Positions 39,271-49,663 of a stretch of DNA of 64,000 nucleotides are shown here, piece by piece (the stretch's first letter is position 1; the number at the start of each line of letters is the position of its first letter). The stretch comes from Candidatus Jordarchaeia archaeon (GTDB lineage Archaea > Asgardarchaeota > Jordiarchaeia > Jordiarchaeales > Jordiarchaeaceae). Under the pieces are notes generated by a model, which worked only from the letters and a program-made list of their open reading frames with translations, was not told the DNA's origin and did no database searches. The stretch covers positions 1 through 64,000 of the forward strand of contig JAHQXB010000063.1 in NCBI GenBank assembly GCA_029856435.1, given 5' to 3'. Both the position numbers and the translations under genes were made by a program.

Positions 39271-39317
39271 TAAATGGCTGTTGGGAATTGTTAGGTTTCC
39301 TAGAGGAGTACCGATTA

Positions 39318-40385
39318 TTAAGTTTCTGGTATGAGGATGGTTATTTCTTCGTCTATTTTTATTGCTTGTATTATTTCTCCTTCTTTAAGGTTTGTGTGGG
39401 TTTGCTCTCTTTTTATTTCTGCTATTTCATATGTTTTTAGGTCCATTAGTTGGATGGTATCTTTAGTTTTGGAGATTATGAGGTATTGTTTTGTTTCTGG
39501 TTTCCAGCTTTGTATTTCTGATTCCCAGAAGTCCTTGTACTGTATAATTTGCTTTTCTCCAGTTTTGGGGTTTTTTCCTATAAGGTTGCCTTTTTCGATT
39601 TTTTCGAATATGAGGGTTTTGTCCGTTAATTGTATAATCTCGCCTGGAGTGAAGGAGGGGAGTCTCACTGATACTGATGTTGTTCCTTTCTTTTTTCCAT
39701 CCTTCATTCCGGACAATTTGAATGATTCATGGATATTTGCGCCCATTTGTTCTTTTGCGGATGTGGCAATGCTTTTCGCGAGTCCAGTTGAGCTAACGTA
39801 GAGGTCGAAGCCTTCTTTTTTCTCCTTTATTTCGGGTATGTATTCATCTTTGTATCTTTCAGATTCGAGAGCTTTGTCTATTATTTGGTAGATTTGTTGT
39901 CTCTCTTCTTCGCTTATTCTGCCTCTTAGCCCCCTGAACTGGACTATGGCCTCATAGGCGCCTTGTTTTTTCTTAGTACAAATGCCGCAAGGTGAAGATT
40001 CGAGTTTTACGGTGACTTTGACCATTTCACTGATGGCAGTGTCGTTTTTTTTGGCGGTTATTAAAATGGGAACATCGATTTTTCCGGTTAATTCCACTTC
40101 TTCGGCTATCTGTGGTTGTATAATTATCTCAAATTCTGGTGAGTGTTTTATGAAGCGCTGTAAGTTCTGCTCTATTACTATCTCTAAGAATTCTTTCGGG
40201 TTAAAGCTATTGGTTTGCACCCACTTTTTGGAAAGCTTGTAACTGTAACAGTGTGGACAAATTCTCACTTCAAACTCATGTTTAACACTGAATGGGGGAT
40301 TCTTCTTGAGGTAACATGATTCACAGAGGTTTTCAATCAGGGGGATATCTGTTTTTCCACACAGCGCACAGAATCTTTTTGTCAT
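39318..40385 (-). CDS. nmd3: NMD3 ribosome biogenesis protein
   Basis: FCALCG..LCESC, ICPHC, CGIC..YEAIVQFRG, GFDLYVSS. Confidence 0.93.
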   Translation of the reverse strand: MTKRFCALCGKTDIPLIENLCESCYLKKNPPFSVKHEFEVRICPHCYSYKLSKKWVQTNSFNPKEFLEIVIEQNLQRFIKHSPEFEIIIQPQIAEEVELTGKIDVPILITAKKNDTAISEMVKVTVKLESSPCGICTKKKQGAYEAIVQFRGLRGRISEEERQQIYQIIDKALESERYKDEYIPEIKEKKEGFDLYVSSTGLAKSIATSAKEQMGANIHESFKLSGMKDGKKKGTTSVSVRLPSFTPGEIIQLTDKTLIFEKIEKGNLIGKNPKTGEKQIIQYKDFWESEIQSWKPETKQYLIISKTKDTIQLMDLKTYEIAEIKREQTHTNLKEGEIIQAIKIDEEITILIPET

Positions 40386-40412
40386 TTACATGTTACCTCA
40401 TAAAGTATGAAT

Positions 40413-40730
40413 CTACATAATTACCTTTTGTGCGTGGGCTACGCCTTCAATTTTTATGATTCCTTGGGGAGGTATTAGTCCCTCAATTATGGCTTGGGAA
40501 ACAATGTTGTTGCCAACTATGTTTATTATGGTTCCTTGTTTGATTGCTGCTATGCCCTCCTCTATTGAGACCAGCTCACCACAATAAAATTCCTTTTTCA
40601 CCTCTATTTTGAGCTTGCCTTCTCTGAAGGTTTTTCCTAATATCTCTTCGTCGCAAACGGCAACCATAATTTCATTATTTACTCTCCTTACATGAAGGTA
40701 GACTCGCATCTTAAAGCTCTCCTTACTCAT
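40413..40730 (-). CDS. DUF424 family protein
   Basis: MVAVCDEEILGKTFREG.LKIEV..EFY.G, IINIVGN. Confidence 0.85.
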   Translation of the reverse strand: MSKESFKMRVYLHVRRVNNEIMVAVCDEEILGKTFREGKLKIEVKKEFYCGELVSIEEGIAAIKQGTIINIVGNNIVSQAIIEGLIPPQGIIKIEGVAHAQKVIM

Positions 40731-40755
40731 TATGGTAGGTGGCTTTGAAGCAACT

Positions 40756-41166
40756 CTATTGTATGGCTTTGATTGATGCTCTTGCTCCGCAGGCTTCGCA
40801 CACAAGGAAGTAGAATCTATCCTGTTTTTCAATATGGGTGTCTGGCTTTCCACACTCGGAACAGAGAACGTAGGTGTGGGTGTATCTTGATATTAGTTCA
40901 TCAAGAGCCTTGTTTGTAAACTTTCCCTGGAAAATCGCTCTCTGACCTTCTATAATACCTGCGGTTGCTAACTCCCGCATAAGATACTTCATTAAGTGTT
41001 GAGGGTCTCTGTTCAGAGCCGAAGCTATATCTCTATAGTTTCTAACAATTGTCCTGTTTCCCTCAACAAAAATTACTGATTTGGGGATCTCGAATCTTTT
41101 GCGTTCAAAAACTTCAGGGGGTAACTGTTGACGTGCTCTATCTAATAGACGCTCATAGTTTTCCAT
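40756..41166 (-). CDS. eif2b: Translation initiation factor aIF-2 beta
   Basis: YERLLDRA, NRDPQHLMKYL.REL.T.G, YVLCSECGKPDT, CEACGA. Confidence 0.96.
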   Translation of the reverse strand: MENYERLLDRARQQLPPEVFERKRFEIPKSVIFVEGNRTIVRNYRDIASALNRDPQHLMKYLMRELATAGIIEGQRAIFQGKFTNKALDELISRYTHTYVLCSECGKPDTHIEKQDRFYFLVCEACGARASIKAIQ

Positions 41167-41186
41167 TACACAACCACCTCGAGTGT

Positions 41187-41858
41187 TTAGAGTTTCCTGT
41201 AAGTCTGTGGCCTGGGCTCATAGATTGTTCCATCAGACAACAACTCTGTGAGGCAGGACTCTAATTCCTTAAGTGATAATCCAGTTTCTTTCTTTATGAT
41301 CTGGAAATCCACTCCTTCACCTTCGTCAAATTTTTCGATAACTTCCATAATGCGGGTAATCTTACTGGCGAGGTCTTCTTCAGGTACAGTTTTATCTTCT
41401 TCGGATACTCCAATATCTTCTTTTAGAGGGCTAGTCTCACCTACAGGTTTTAACAACATTAACTCCAATTCTCTAACAATTTCCCAATTGGGGTCGTCAA
41501 CATTTATAACAAGTTCTGGGACTAAATAAACCTCGCCCCGATACTCTTTAACCTTACCGATAATGTCTACTATATCACCAATCTGGACCTTATTAATAGG
41601 GGAATTCTGATTCTTCCAGAACTTAGCCCTAATTGTCTCGGAACCATCATCAATTGTAATGCTACCAAAGTCTGGCTGGGAGCTGATAAACTTGTCGACC
41701 ACAGTTCCCATAACCCTAGCTCTCTGAACCTCTAATCCTGAACCAGTAACGATAAACCGCCCATTAGGTTTTTCCACCCACTTACCATTAACCAGATCCG
41801 AAATATGCACCTTATACGCGGTGGCCCTCTTTTTAATGATTCTACTCAACTCCATCAC
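41187..41858 (-). CDS. RPA32-like OB-fold + winged-helix ssDNA-binding subunit
   Basis: RARVMGTVVDKF, ITIDDGSETIR, DIVDIIGKVKEY, LLSDGTIYEPRP. Confidence 0.85.
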   Translation of the reverse strand: MMELSRIIKKRATAYKVHISDLVNGKWVEKPNGRFIVTGSGLEVQRARVMGTVVDKFISSQPDFGSITIDDGSETIRAKFWKNQNSPINKVQIGDIVDIIGKVKEYRGEVYLVPELVINVDDPNWEIVRELELMLLKPVGETSPLKEDIGVSEEDKTVPEEDLASKITRIMEVIEKFDEGEGVDFQIIKKETGLSLKELESCLTELLSDGTIYEPRPQTYRKL

Positions 41859-41958
41859 TCTGAAAATTTCTTAAACAGTTTAACATCTTTATTCGACACA
41901 TTCCAGAACGATTTCCAATAAGCATTAATTTGGAATCCTAAGGGTGGATTTTGAACGT

Positions 41959-42819
41959 TCAAAAAAACTGAACGCCATAAATTTTTTCTGGAAGTTCCTT
42001 GTTAACTTTCCAAAGTCTATCCTTTAAATCTTCTTGCTTTCTTAATTGATTTACCAACTTGGGTACAGATTTTGGTCCCAGTACCGCCCCTGGCCTCTTG
42101 GGATCGTCAAGGTAATCAGTTTCGAGGAGGAAGCGGTCTCCCTCCTTAAACGCAGCTTCGACATTTTTCCTAGATGCAATTAGGGAGGGAAAAATTTTTT
42201 CGCGTTCACAAATTTTAATTAGCGGTGGACAAAAATGCTTTATTACCCTACAGGGGCTCAAGTTAGATTTTCGTATCATGCCAGATAATTCAATTATTTC
42301 CTTTTCGCCCACACTTTCTGTATGAAGCTGTACCGCGCACCCACAGTCTCTTGCCCTTCCAAGAGCGTAAAGTAATATTTCATTTGAGACTTCCCAAATT
42401 TCGGGACTTACCTGATAATGGGGCCGCCCCACCTCCCCAATGGCTATCGCTCTCCCCTCCTCAATCCACTTTACCGCTATGTCCAAACCAGCACACATAA
42501 GCTCCTTGGCTTTTTTTATTTCCATTCCTCTGTTTAACATCTGTGTCAGTTCAGCTGGGTGAACTCCTATAACACCATAGGCATAAATATTGAAAGCCCT
42601 AATTTTTTCCACGCAATCAGAAACATAACTGTAACAGGTTTCATAATCGGAAGGCTTTGAAACAGTTACTCCATAGCTCCATGAAGGGAGACAAACTATA
42701 ATTAGAGCTGTACCCCCCGCTCTCTTGAATTCTTTTCCAATGTTTACAGGTCCAAGTCCTTTAAATGGATTAATGTGCATATGGTTATCCGTGGCGGGAA
42801 AACTTTGCATATTAATCAC
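41959..42819 (-). CDS. TatD-related metallohydrolase (archaeal)
   Basis: DNHMH, GVHPAE, AIGEVGRPHY, VQLHTE, LETDYLDDP.RPG. Confidence 0.88.
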   Translation of the reverse strand: MINMQSFPATDNHMHINPFKGLGPVNIGKEFKRAGGTALIIVCLPSWSYGVTVSKPSDYETCYSYVSDCVEKIRAFNIYAYGVIGVHPAELTQMLNRGMEIKKAKELMCAGLDIAVKWIEEGRAIAIGEVGRPHYQVSPEIWEVSNEILLYALGRARDCGCAVQLHTESVGEKEIIELSGMIRKSNLSPCRVIKHFCPPLIKICEREKIFPSLIASRKNVEAAFKEGDRFLLETDYLDDPKRPGAVLGPKSVPKLVNQLRKQEDLKDRLWKVNKELPEKIYGVQFF

Positions 42820-43047
42820 ACACAGCTAATTCTCTTGAAAATAGTAGGGTGAGAAAATTTAATATTTGTTATTTATCAGCATTTTTTACCAAACGTTTAA
42901 AACAGCCCTGTCTCATCGTTCTGATAATGAGAACATAATTCTGAAGAAACATTTTTACATATGGGAATGTTTGTTCCAAAAGGTTCTTAAGAAAAATTAT
43001 TGTTGCTACCTAAAATAAGGTGACTTATTTGTTCGAGGTGGTAGAGT

Positions 43048-45057
43048 TTGAGTAGGATACTGATTACTTCCGCGTTGCCCTATGCTAATGGTGACCTTCA
43101 CATAGGACATGTTTCCAGCACATATATTCCCGCTGACGCTTATGCAAGATTTTGCAGATTAAAAAAACACGACGTAGTTTTTGTATGTGGAAGCGACGAC
43201 CACGGGACTCCAATTTCAGTTGCAGCACGCGAAGCAGGGCGCACACCCCTCGAACATATCGATTATTATCGCGAGAGACAACTAAATGATCTTAAAGCAT
43301 TAAACATAAGTTTTGATAACTATTATAAAACTCACAGCGAAGAAAACCGGGAAATAACAGAATACTTTCTCCTAAAACTAAGAGAAAAGGGCTACATCTA
43401 CCAGAAAGAAGTTGAAGAATTCTACTGCGAGAGGGACAAAACCTATCTTCCCGACAGAATGATAAAAGGCACCTGCCCCCACTGCGGAGCAGAAGACCAG
43501 TATAGTGACGCCTGTGAAGTTTGTGGAAGAACAATTGAGCCGGGAGAAATACTTAAACCCTACTGCATCCTGTGTGGTGAACCTCCAGTAACCAGAAGGG
43601 AAAAACATTTCATATTCAAGCTAAGTGTGTTCTCTGACAGATTATACCAATGGTTAACATCGGACAAAACGGGTAAGAACTTTCCCAAAGATGTTATAAA
43701 CTATGTTGTTCAATGGATAAAATCGGGGCTCCAAGACTGGGACATCACTCGGGAGGATTACTGGGGATTCAAATTACCATACCCTGACGCAAAGGAGAAC
43801 CAGTACGTCTATGTCTGGTTCGATGCACCCATAGGGTATATAGCCTCCACAATTAATTGGAGTAGAAAAAACAAAGCAAACTGGGAGGACTACTGGAAGA
43901 GGGAGGATAGCTTCATCACACATTTCATTGGTAAGGATATAATATACCACCACTTTCTTTTCTGGCCAGCCATGCTTATGGGAACCGAGGAAATAACGCT
44001 CCCCAAAAAGTATGTGGTGAACGGATACCTCACCCTCGAAGGTTTAAAGATGAGCAAAAGCCGAAAATGGCTAATTCCCCTAAACTACATTTTGCAAAGA
44101 TACCCGGCAGATTATGTGAGATTTTATCTGGCCTTCAAAGCCGCAAACACCATAAAGGACAATAACTTCAGCTGGGAAGAATTTCAAGAAAGAATAAACG
44201 GAGACCTTGTGGACAACATTGGAAACTTCATCCACCGAATCCTGCACTTCATCAACAACCGATACAACAGCAAAATACCAGAACCCTCAGATTTCGACGA
44301 ACAGGACAGGGAATTTATCCAATTAATTAAAACCGCCCCTGACGAACTCGCCACATACTATGAAGAATGCGACCTCTCAAAAGCCATCAAAAGAATAATC
44401 GAACTCTTCAAATTCGCCAATAGTTACTTCTCAGCAAAAGAGCCCTGGAAAGCCATAAAGGAAAAACCCAAACAAGCCAAAAACACGCTCTACCTTTGCG
44501 CCAACTTCCTGCTCTCAGCATCTATACTCCTATATCCAATAGTACCCCAATCAGCAGAAAAACTCCAAGAACTACTAAAAATAAAACCAGAAAATTGGGA
44601 CACCGCAAAAGAGTTCCTACTAAAACCCGAACACCAAATCCAAAAAGCAGAACCGCTATTCGAGAAAATCCCAAAAGAAGAAATAATAAAAGAAATAGAA
44701 ACATTAAAACAACAAACAGAACAAGCAGGAAAAAAGGTAGAAGTCGACATCAGCGAATTCGACAAACTGGACATAAGAATAGGGGAAATAATCTCCGCAA
44801 AACAACTACAAGGAGACCTAACACACATAATCGTCAAAACAGAGCCCAACAAACAATTAAACATAATAGGCAAACTAGGAAAAAACTACAAACCCCAAGA
44901 ATTAAACGGTAAAAAAGTAACAGTGATAACAAATCTTAAACCCAAAAAGATCCAAGGAATACTATCAGAAGGCATGCTCCTAGCAGCCATAGACGGAGAA
45001 AAAATATCACTACTAGTACCAGACAAGGACGTTGAAACAGGAAGCAAAGTCAAATAA
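43048..45057 (+). CDS. metG: Methionyl-tRNA synthetase with C-terminal tRNA-binding domain
   Basis: TSALPYANGDLHIGH, YVWFDAPIGY, KMSKS, SEGMLLAA. Confidence 0.97.
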   Translation: MSRILITSALPYANGDLHIGHVSSTYIPADAYARFCRLKKHDVVFVCGSDDHGTPISVAAREAGRTPLEHIDYYRERQLNDLKALNISFDNYYKTHSEENREITEYFLLKLREKGYIYQKEVEEFYCERDKTYLPDRMIKGTCPHCGAEDQYSDACEVCGRTIEPGEILKPYCILCGEPPVTRREKHFIFKLSVFSDRLYQWLTSDKTGKNFPKDVINYVVQWIKSGLQDWDITREDYWGFKLPYPDAKENQYVYVWFDAPIGYIASTINWSRKNKANWEDYWKREDSFITHFIGKDIIYHHFLFWPAMLMGTEEITLPKKYVVNGYLTLEGLKMSKSRKWLIPLNYILQRYPADYVRFYLAFKAANTIKDNNFSWEEFQERINGDLVDNIGNFIHRILHFINNRYNSKIPEPSDFDEQDREFIQLIKTAPDELATYYEECDLSKAIKRIIELFKFANSYFSAKEPWKAIKEKPKQAKNTLYLCANFLLSASILLYPIVPQSAEKLQELLKIKPENWDTAKEFLLKPEHQIQKAEPLFEKIPKEEIIKEIETLKQQTEQAGKKVEVDISEFDKLDIRIGEIISAKQLQGDLTHIIVKTEPNKQLNIIGKLGKNYKPQELNGKKVTVITNLKPKKIQGILSEGMLLAAIDGEKISLLVPDKDVETGSKVK

Positions 45058-45611
45058 CCAAAAAATTGAACCTACCAACACCTTTGCAACTGTTGTTACA
45101 TGTTTAAGATTTTACTATCTTACCTTATCTTGAGTATAATGTTGATTAGTGAAAGCATTAGAATTACTTTCTCTTCTTCTAAGCCACAAATACTCTTCTT
45201 TTAGGAAGCGCCTTTTCCCAAAAGTAGTCTTTAACACCCAGCCCAAAAGCTTGGCTTAAAGAACGCTAAATTTAAAGCCACCACTGGAAAAGCAAGCACC
45301 CAGAGGTAACAAGTATCCCCAAATTCACCCAACCCCATCGGCTTGGAGACAGGGAAATCCTCAACGTAATCTTCTCAGAATAGCTGCTTAAATTGAACTC
45401 TTCTGCAGCCCACATGGCTACTCCACGAGGCCACTCTAACAATCTCTTAACATCTTCCTCACTAGGCTCAACCATTAAAAGCATACTATTATCTAGGTAA
45501 CTCTTGGAATGGGGGTTCCCAAGGGATTCGAAGGTAGAATAGGAAATCGTAGCCGTAGATAATACGCCACGGGATTTCTACCCCCGTCCCGTAAGGAAAC
45601 CATGGAACCTA

Positions 45612-46337
45612 TTACCACCACCCTATGGTTGTCCAGTACGGTAGATTATTAGCGACGATGTGAAAGTATGGGTCTGCTATCATTGTTCCGTTGGAGCTGC
45701 AAATTGATATTTTGGTCACGGTTTGGATGGTTCCGTTTATTTCCAGCTCGTACACTCTTGACTGTTGTGGTGCAGTTTTCACCATCGATTGTGACAGTGC
45801 CATTCCGCTCATACACCAATTTTCCCTGCTGTACCTTGACGTCTATGTCTTTGAACGACTCGTACACCTGCTGGGTTATGTTCTCCATTTTCAGTTCTAT
45901 CTCTCGGCTTAGAAGCTGATCGAATTGTTTGAATTGTTCTAGGTACACTGGGTTCTGTTTCAGGAAGCTGAAGAAGTTGCGTTTCAAAGTTTCATTATCT
46001 GGATTGTTTTGACTCATTAACGAACCATATTCTGGAGTGTTTTTGATATTCTGCATCTGCCATTCTCAGAATCCCTGATTTATACTGTCCTGGAATGTTT
46101 TCTTTAATTCATCGACTTCTCGAGGGTGAGTGAACCATTCTCTATCCTTGCAATTGCTTCTGGGTCCAGTAAAGAATCTGCCCCCAAGTTAATCTTCTGG
46201 TTTGAAACAAGCAGGGACATCCCAGTGTGAGGCAGTTTGGTTCTGGCAGCCTGTACACTTACTGTTGTTATGCCAATTCCTATCCCTAGTATAATTGCCG
46301 CAAAAAACGACACAAAGAAAACTTTACTCTTGCACAT
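45612..46337 (-). pseudogene. Degraded gene for a secreted protein
   Basis: Signal-peptide ORF 46337-46104 continues after a frameshift and a TGA into 46056-45649, then into another frame ending at 45612. Confidence 0.5.
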
Positions 46338-46593
46338 CCAAAATCCTCCAACAATTTAACTTATTATCTATAAAAAGTAGTATATACATCGGAAGTTTGG
46401 AGACACTACACTCCTTACCAGTGAAGAGATATTGTGTTTTGAGAGATGCTCATCTTTTAAGTTTGTGAAAAAAAGAGCTATCTCAACCCCCAAAAAATAA
46501 TCCTCCAGACAATAATAGAGTGCAACCAATCTCACATAAAAAACACCAAAAAAACAACCCACACACAAACCTACAAACACACAACAACAATCA

Positions 46594-47496
46594 TCACACC
46601 CATTCCTGAAAAACAACACTGGAATAGGTATCAATAACATCTTCCATCTCAAAAATTTTCAGTAAAAATCTATTATAATGTTTAATATCCTTGACACGTA
46701 CCACAGCCATTAACCCATACTCCTCGCCTGTCCGATAAAGACTCCAAACCTCATCAAACCCACACAGATTCCTAGCCACCGAAAGATAGGCTGCGGGATC
46801 AACTCTAATTTCTAAATAAAACTTCGCATCCAAACCAATTGCAGAAAAATCTACTTTTGCAGTATAACCGATAATTACGTCCTCACTGCGAAGTTTAGAA
46901 ATTCGCCGAGAAACCACAGGTTGCGAAACACCTAACTTCTTAGCCAAATCAGTTTGGGAATAAGGCATAGAATTGGTTTGCTGCCTAAGGATACTAAGCA
47001 ACTTCCAATCAAAATCAGAAACAGGGTAATAATCGGTTTTTGAATCAGGAACAACAAAACCCGACTCCTTGAAGGTAGCCAGTATCTCCACCAAACGATA
47101 CTTCTTAAACCTAGAAACCACCATCAAACAATCAAGACCAGAAAGAAAAGAAGAAAACTCAGAAGGAGAACGAAAACGATACACCCCCAAAAGAGAATAC
47201 TCACCCGAAATCCCATCCATAGACTGAATCTGGGGAATACTTAACAGACCTCTAACAATATCATACTCGTGAGGATTCGTCTTAACAAAAAGAAAAATAC
47301 TACGATCAAAAAGTATCTTCAAAGGATTCAAAACTACAGTATATCCTCTCAAAACCTTCCTCTCAAATAACCGACTAATCACCTTAGCAATATGATTACG
47401 GCTCTTACCCAGCCTCTCCGCCAAACCCTTCACACCAGCAGAAGAATCCTTCAACAAAAGATTCAAAACCGCCTCTTCTAGAGCATCTAACCGCAT
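46594..47496 (-). CDS. Tandem (double) Lrp/AsnC transcriptional regulator
   Basis: Two HTH-AsnC + RAM units (LAERLGKSR..GYTVVLN; LAKKLGVSQ..GYTAKVD..TGEEYGL). Confidence 0.88.
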   Translation of the reverse strand: MRLDALEEAVLNLLLKDSSAGVKGLAERLGKSRNHIAKVISRLFERKVLRGYTVVLNPLKILFDRSIFLFVKTNPHEYDIVRGLLSIPQIQSMDGISGEYSLLGVYRFRSPSEFSSFLSGLDCLMVVSRFKKYRLVEILATFKESGFVVPDSKTDYYPVSDFDWKLLSILRQQTNSMPYSQTDLAKKLGVSQPVVSRRISKLRSEDVIIGYTAKVDFSAIGLDAKFYLEIRVDPAAYLSVARNLCGFDEVWSLYRTGEEYGLMAVVRVKDIKHYNRFLLKIFEMEDVIDTYSSVVFQEWV

Positions 47497-47611
47497 AAAA
47501 ACCACACAAAACAAGCCAGTACAAAAGCAAATTATAACAAACAAAATATATAAACTTTATAAGATTACACCCACAAAAAGGAAAACAAAAACACCACAAG
47601 GGAGAAAAAGT

Positions 47612-48982
47612 ATGACACAAACGCAAAAAGGAGAAAAATTTGAAGTCAAAGACCTAAAACTAGCACCAAGCGGACGAGCAACAATTGAGTGGGCAGAATC
47701 AAGAATGCCCGTGCTCATGCAAATAAGAGAGAGGTTCCGAAAAGAAAAACCGCTTAAAAACACCATAGTAGGAGCATGCCTCCATGTAACAAAAGAAACA
47801 GCAGTTCTTGCAAAAACCCTGAAAGCTGGAGGTGCAGAAGTCTACCTCTGTGCCTCAAACCCCCTATCAACACAGGACCATGTAGCCGCCGCACTGGTAG
47901 AAGAAGGAATAAACACATTCGCCTGGAAAGGCATGGACTACGAAGGCTACTACCGAGCAATAGCCAACGTTATTAAGGGAGAACCGAACATCACACTAGA
48001 CGACGGCGCCGACCTAGTATCAACCTTAATCAAACTCAAAAGAGGAGAAACCGGCGAGGAAATCAAGGTAGTTAAGAAAATTCTTGGAAGCCGAACAGAC
48101 TGGGCGGACAAAGTATGGGCCGGAGCCGAGGAGACCACAACGGGCGTAATCCGCCTTAGAGCCATGGCAAAAGATAACGTGCTACTATACCCAATTATAG
48201 CTACAAATGATACCCCCACAAAATGGGAAACATAAACACCCCCCGTGTTTAAGCCCAAATTTGACAACCTGTGGGGAACTGGGCAAAGCACCATAGACGG
48301 CATACTGAGAGCAACAGCAGACCTTATCGCGGGCAAAATTTTTGTAGTCGCAGGGTATGGCCATTGCGGTAGAGGCGTAGCGCTAAGAGCTAAGGGGCTA
48401 GGAGCGAGAAGAGTCATCATATGCGAGATAAATCCACATCGAGCCTTAACAGCCGCCTTAGAGGGTATGGAAGTAATGCCCATGAGGGAAGCCGCAGAGG
48501 TGGGAGACATTTTCGTAACCGCCACAGGATGCAAGAACGTCATAAATGCAGAACATATGAAAAAGATGAAAAACGGAGCAGTGATGTGTAACACAGGTCA
48601 CTTTAATGTGGAAATAAATATACCTGACTTGGAGAAAATCAGCGTTAGCAAGAGAGAGATAAGACCACTAGTCGATGAGTACACACTGGAGGATGGAAGA
48701 AAAATCTACCTACTAGCCCAAGGCAGGCTTGTGAATCTAGCATGTGCTGAGGGACACCCAAGCGAAGTTATGGACATGAGCTTTTCTGATCAGGCTTTAG
48801 CTGTGGAGTGGATTGTTAAGAATAGGGATAAGCTGTCTGGGATGGGTAGTGTGGTTTTGGATATTCCTGAAGAGATTGATAGGACTGTTGCAGAATTGAA
48901 GTGTAAGGCTATGGGTCTTAGATTAGATGTTTTGACCCCTGAGCAGGAAGCTTATTTGTCGGGCTGGGCTGAAGGAACCTAG
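47612..48982 (+). CDS. ahcY: S-adenosylhomocysteine hydrolase, intron-containing (exons 47612-48229 and 48260-48982; 446 aa)
   Basis: [30 protein letters not shown], spliced [37 protein letters not shown]. Confidence 0.95.
48230..48259 (+). other. 30-nt BHB intron in ahcY (contains in-frame TAA)
   Basis: TGGG-AAA-[CATAAACAC ccccc GTGTTTAAG]-CCCA-AAT. Confidence 0.92.
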
Positions 48983-49133
48983 TTTCCCTCTTCCTTTTTA
49001 TTTTGCGAGGTTTTGTTGTTTTTTTGGTCTACTTACTTTATAGGTTTATGGTTTTTTTGTTGTTGCAGGGTTAAGTCTATCTTTATTGGGGATTTTGCCT
49101 CTCCAAAAATAAAAAGTTCTAGTTAATTTGCTT

Positions 49134-49460
49134 TTAAATTAGGGATAATAGCGCTATTGGAGCGAGGTTCTGGGTTAACAATTGGTTAATTAGTTGATAT
49201 AAGTAGATTCCGAGGTATTGGGTTACTCCGCCTGAAATTTCGATGATTATAGGGATAAGGAGATGCCACTTAGAGGAAACCCCTATTAGCAGTAGGCTTA
49301 TTACTATTCCTATTATGTAGGAGAGGCGGCGGTGGAAGACGGCTAGTAGTGCTAGGTTCATGATGAACATACCCACCCCAATCATTAGTAGTATACCAAA
49401 AATTGTGTTGAGCAGATTATAAGTTAAGGGGTTGGTAAGAAGCCAGTACACATTTATCAT
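49134..49460 (-). CDS. Hypothetical membrane protein
   Basis: 108-aa hydrophobic ORF. Confidence 0.5.
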   Translation of the reverse strand: MINVYWLLTNPLTYNLLNTIFGILLMIGVGMFIMNLALLAVFHRRLSYIIGIVISLLLIGVSSKWHLLIPIIIEISGGVTQYLGIYLYQLINQLLTQNLAPIALLSLI

Positions 49461-49663
49461 AGGAATCCTCTCTATTGTATTTTTGTGTAGGAAAGGATAT
49501 GAACCCCTCGAAATTTAATAGGCTGATTTCATTATTGGGGGAGGTAAGATGTATAGGAAAGTTTTAATTACGTTTTTAGGATTAAATTTTGCAGATATTT
49601 GGCGTTGATTGTTGATTTTTGTGGTTTGGATGTTGATGTTAATGTTGATTGGAGGAGAATCTG

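Noticed and set aside
39078-39334. Three short overlapping ORFs
   Set aside because: They coincide with the TIR/TSD-bounded MITE and have no protein features.
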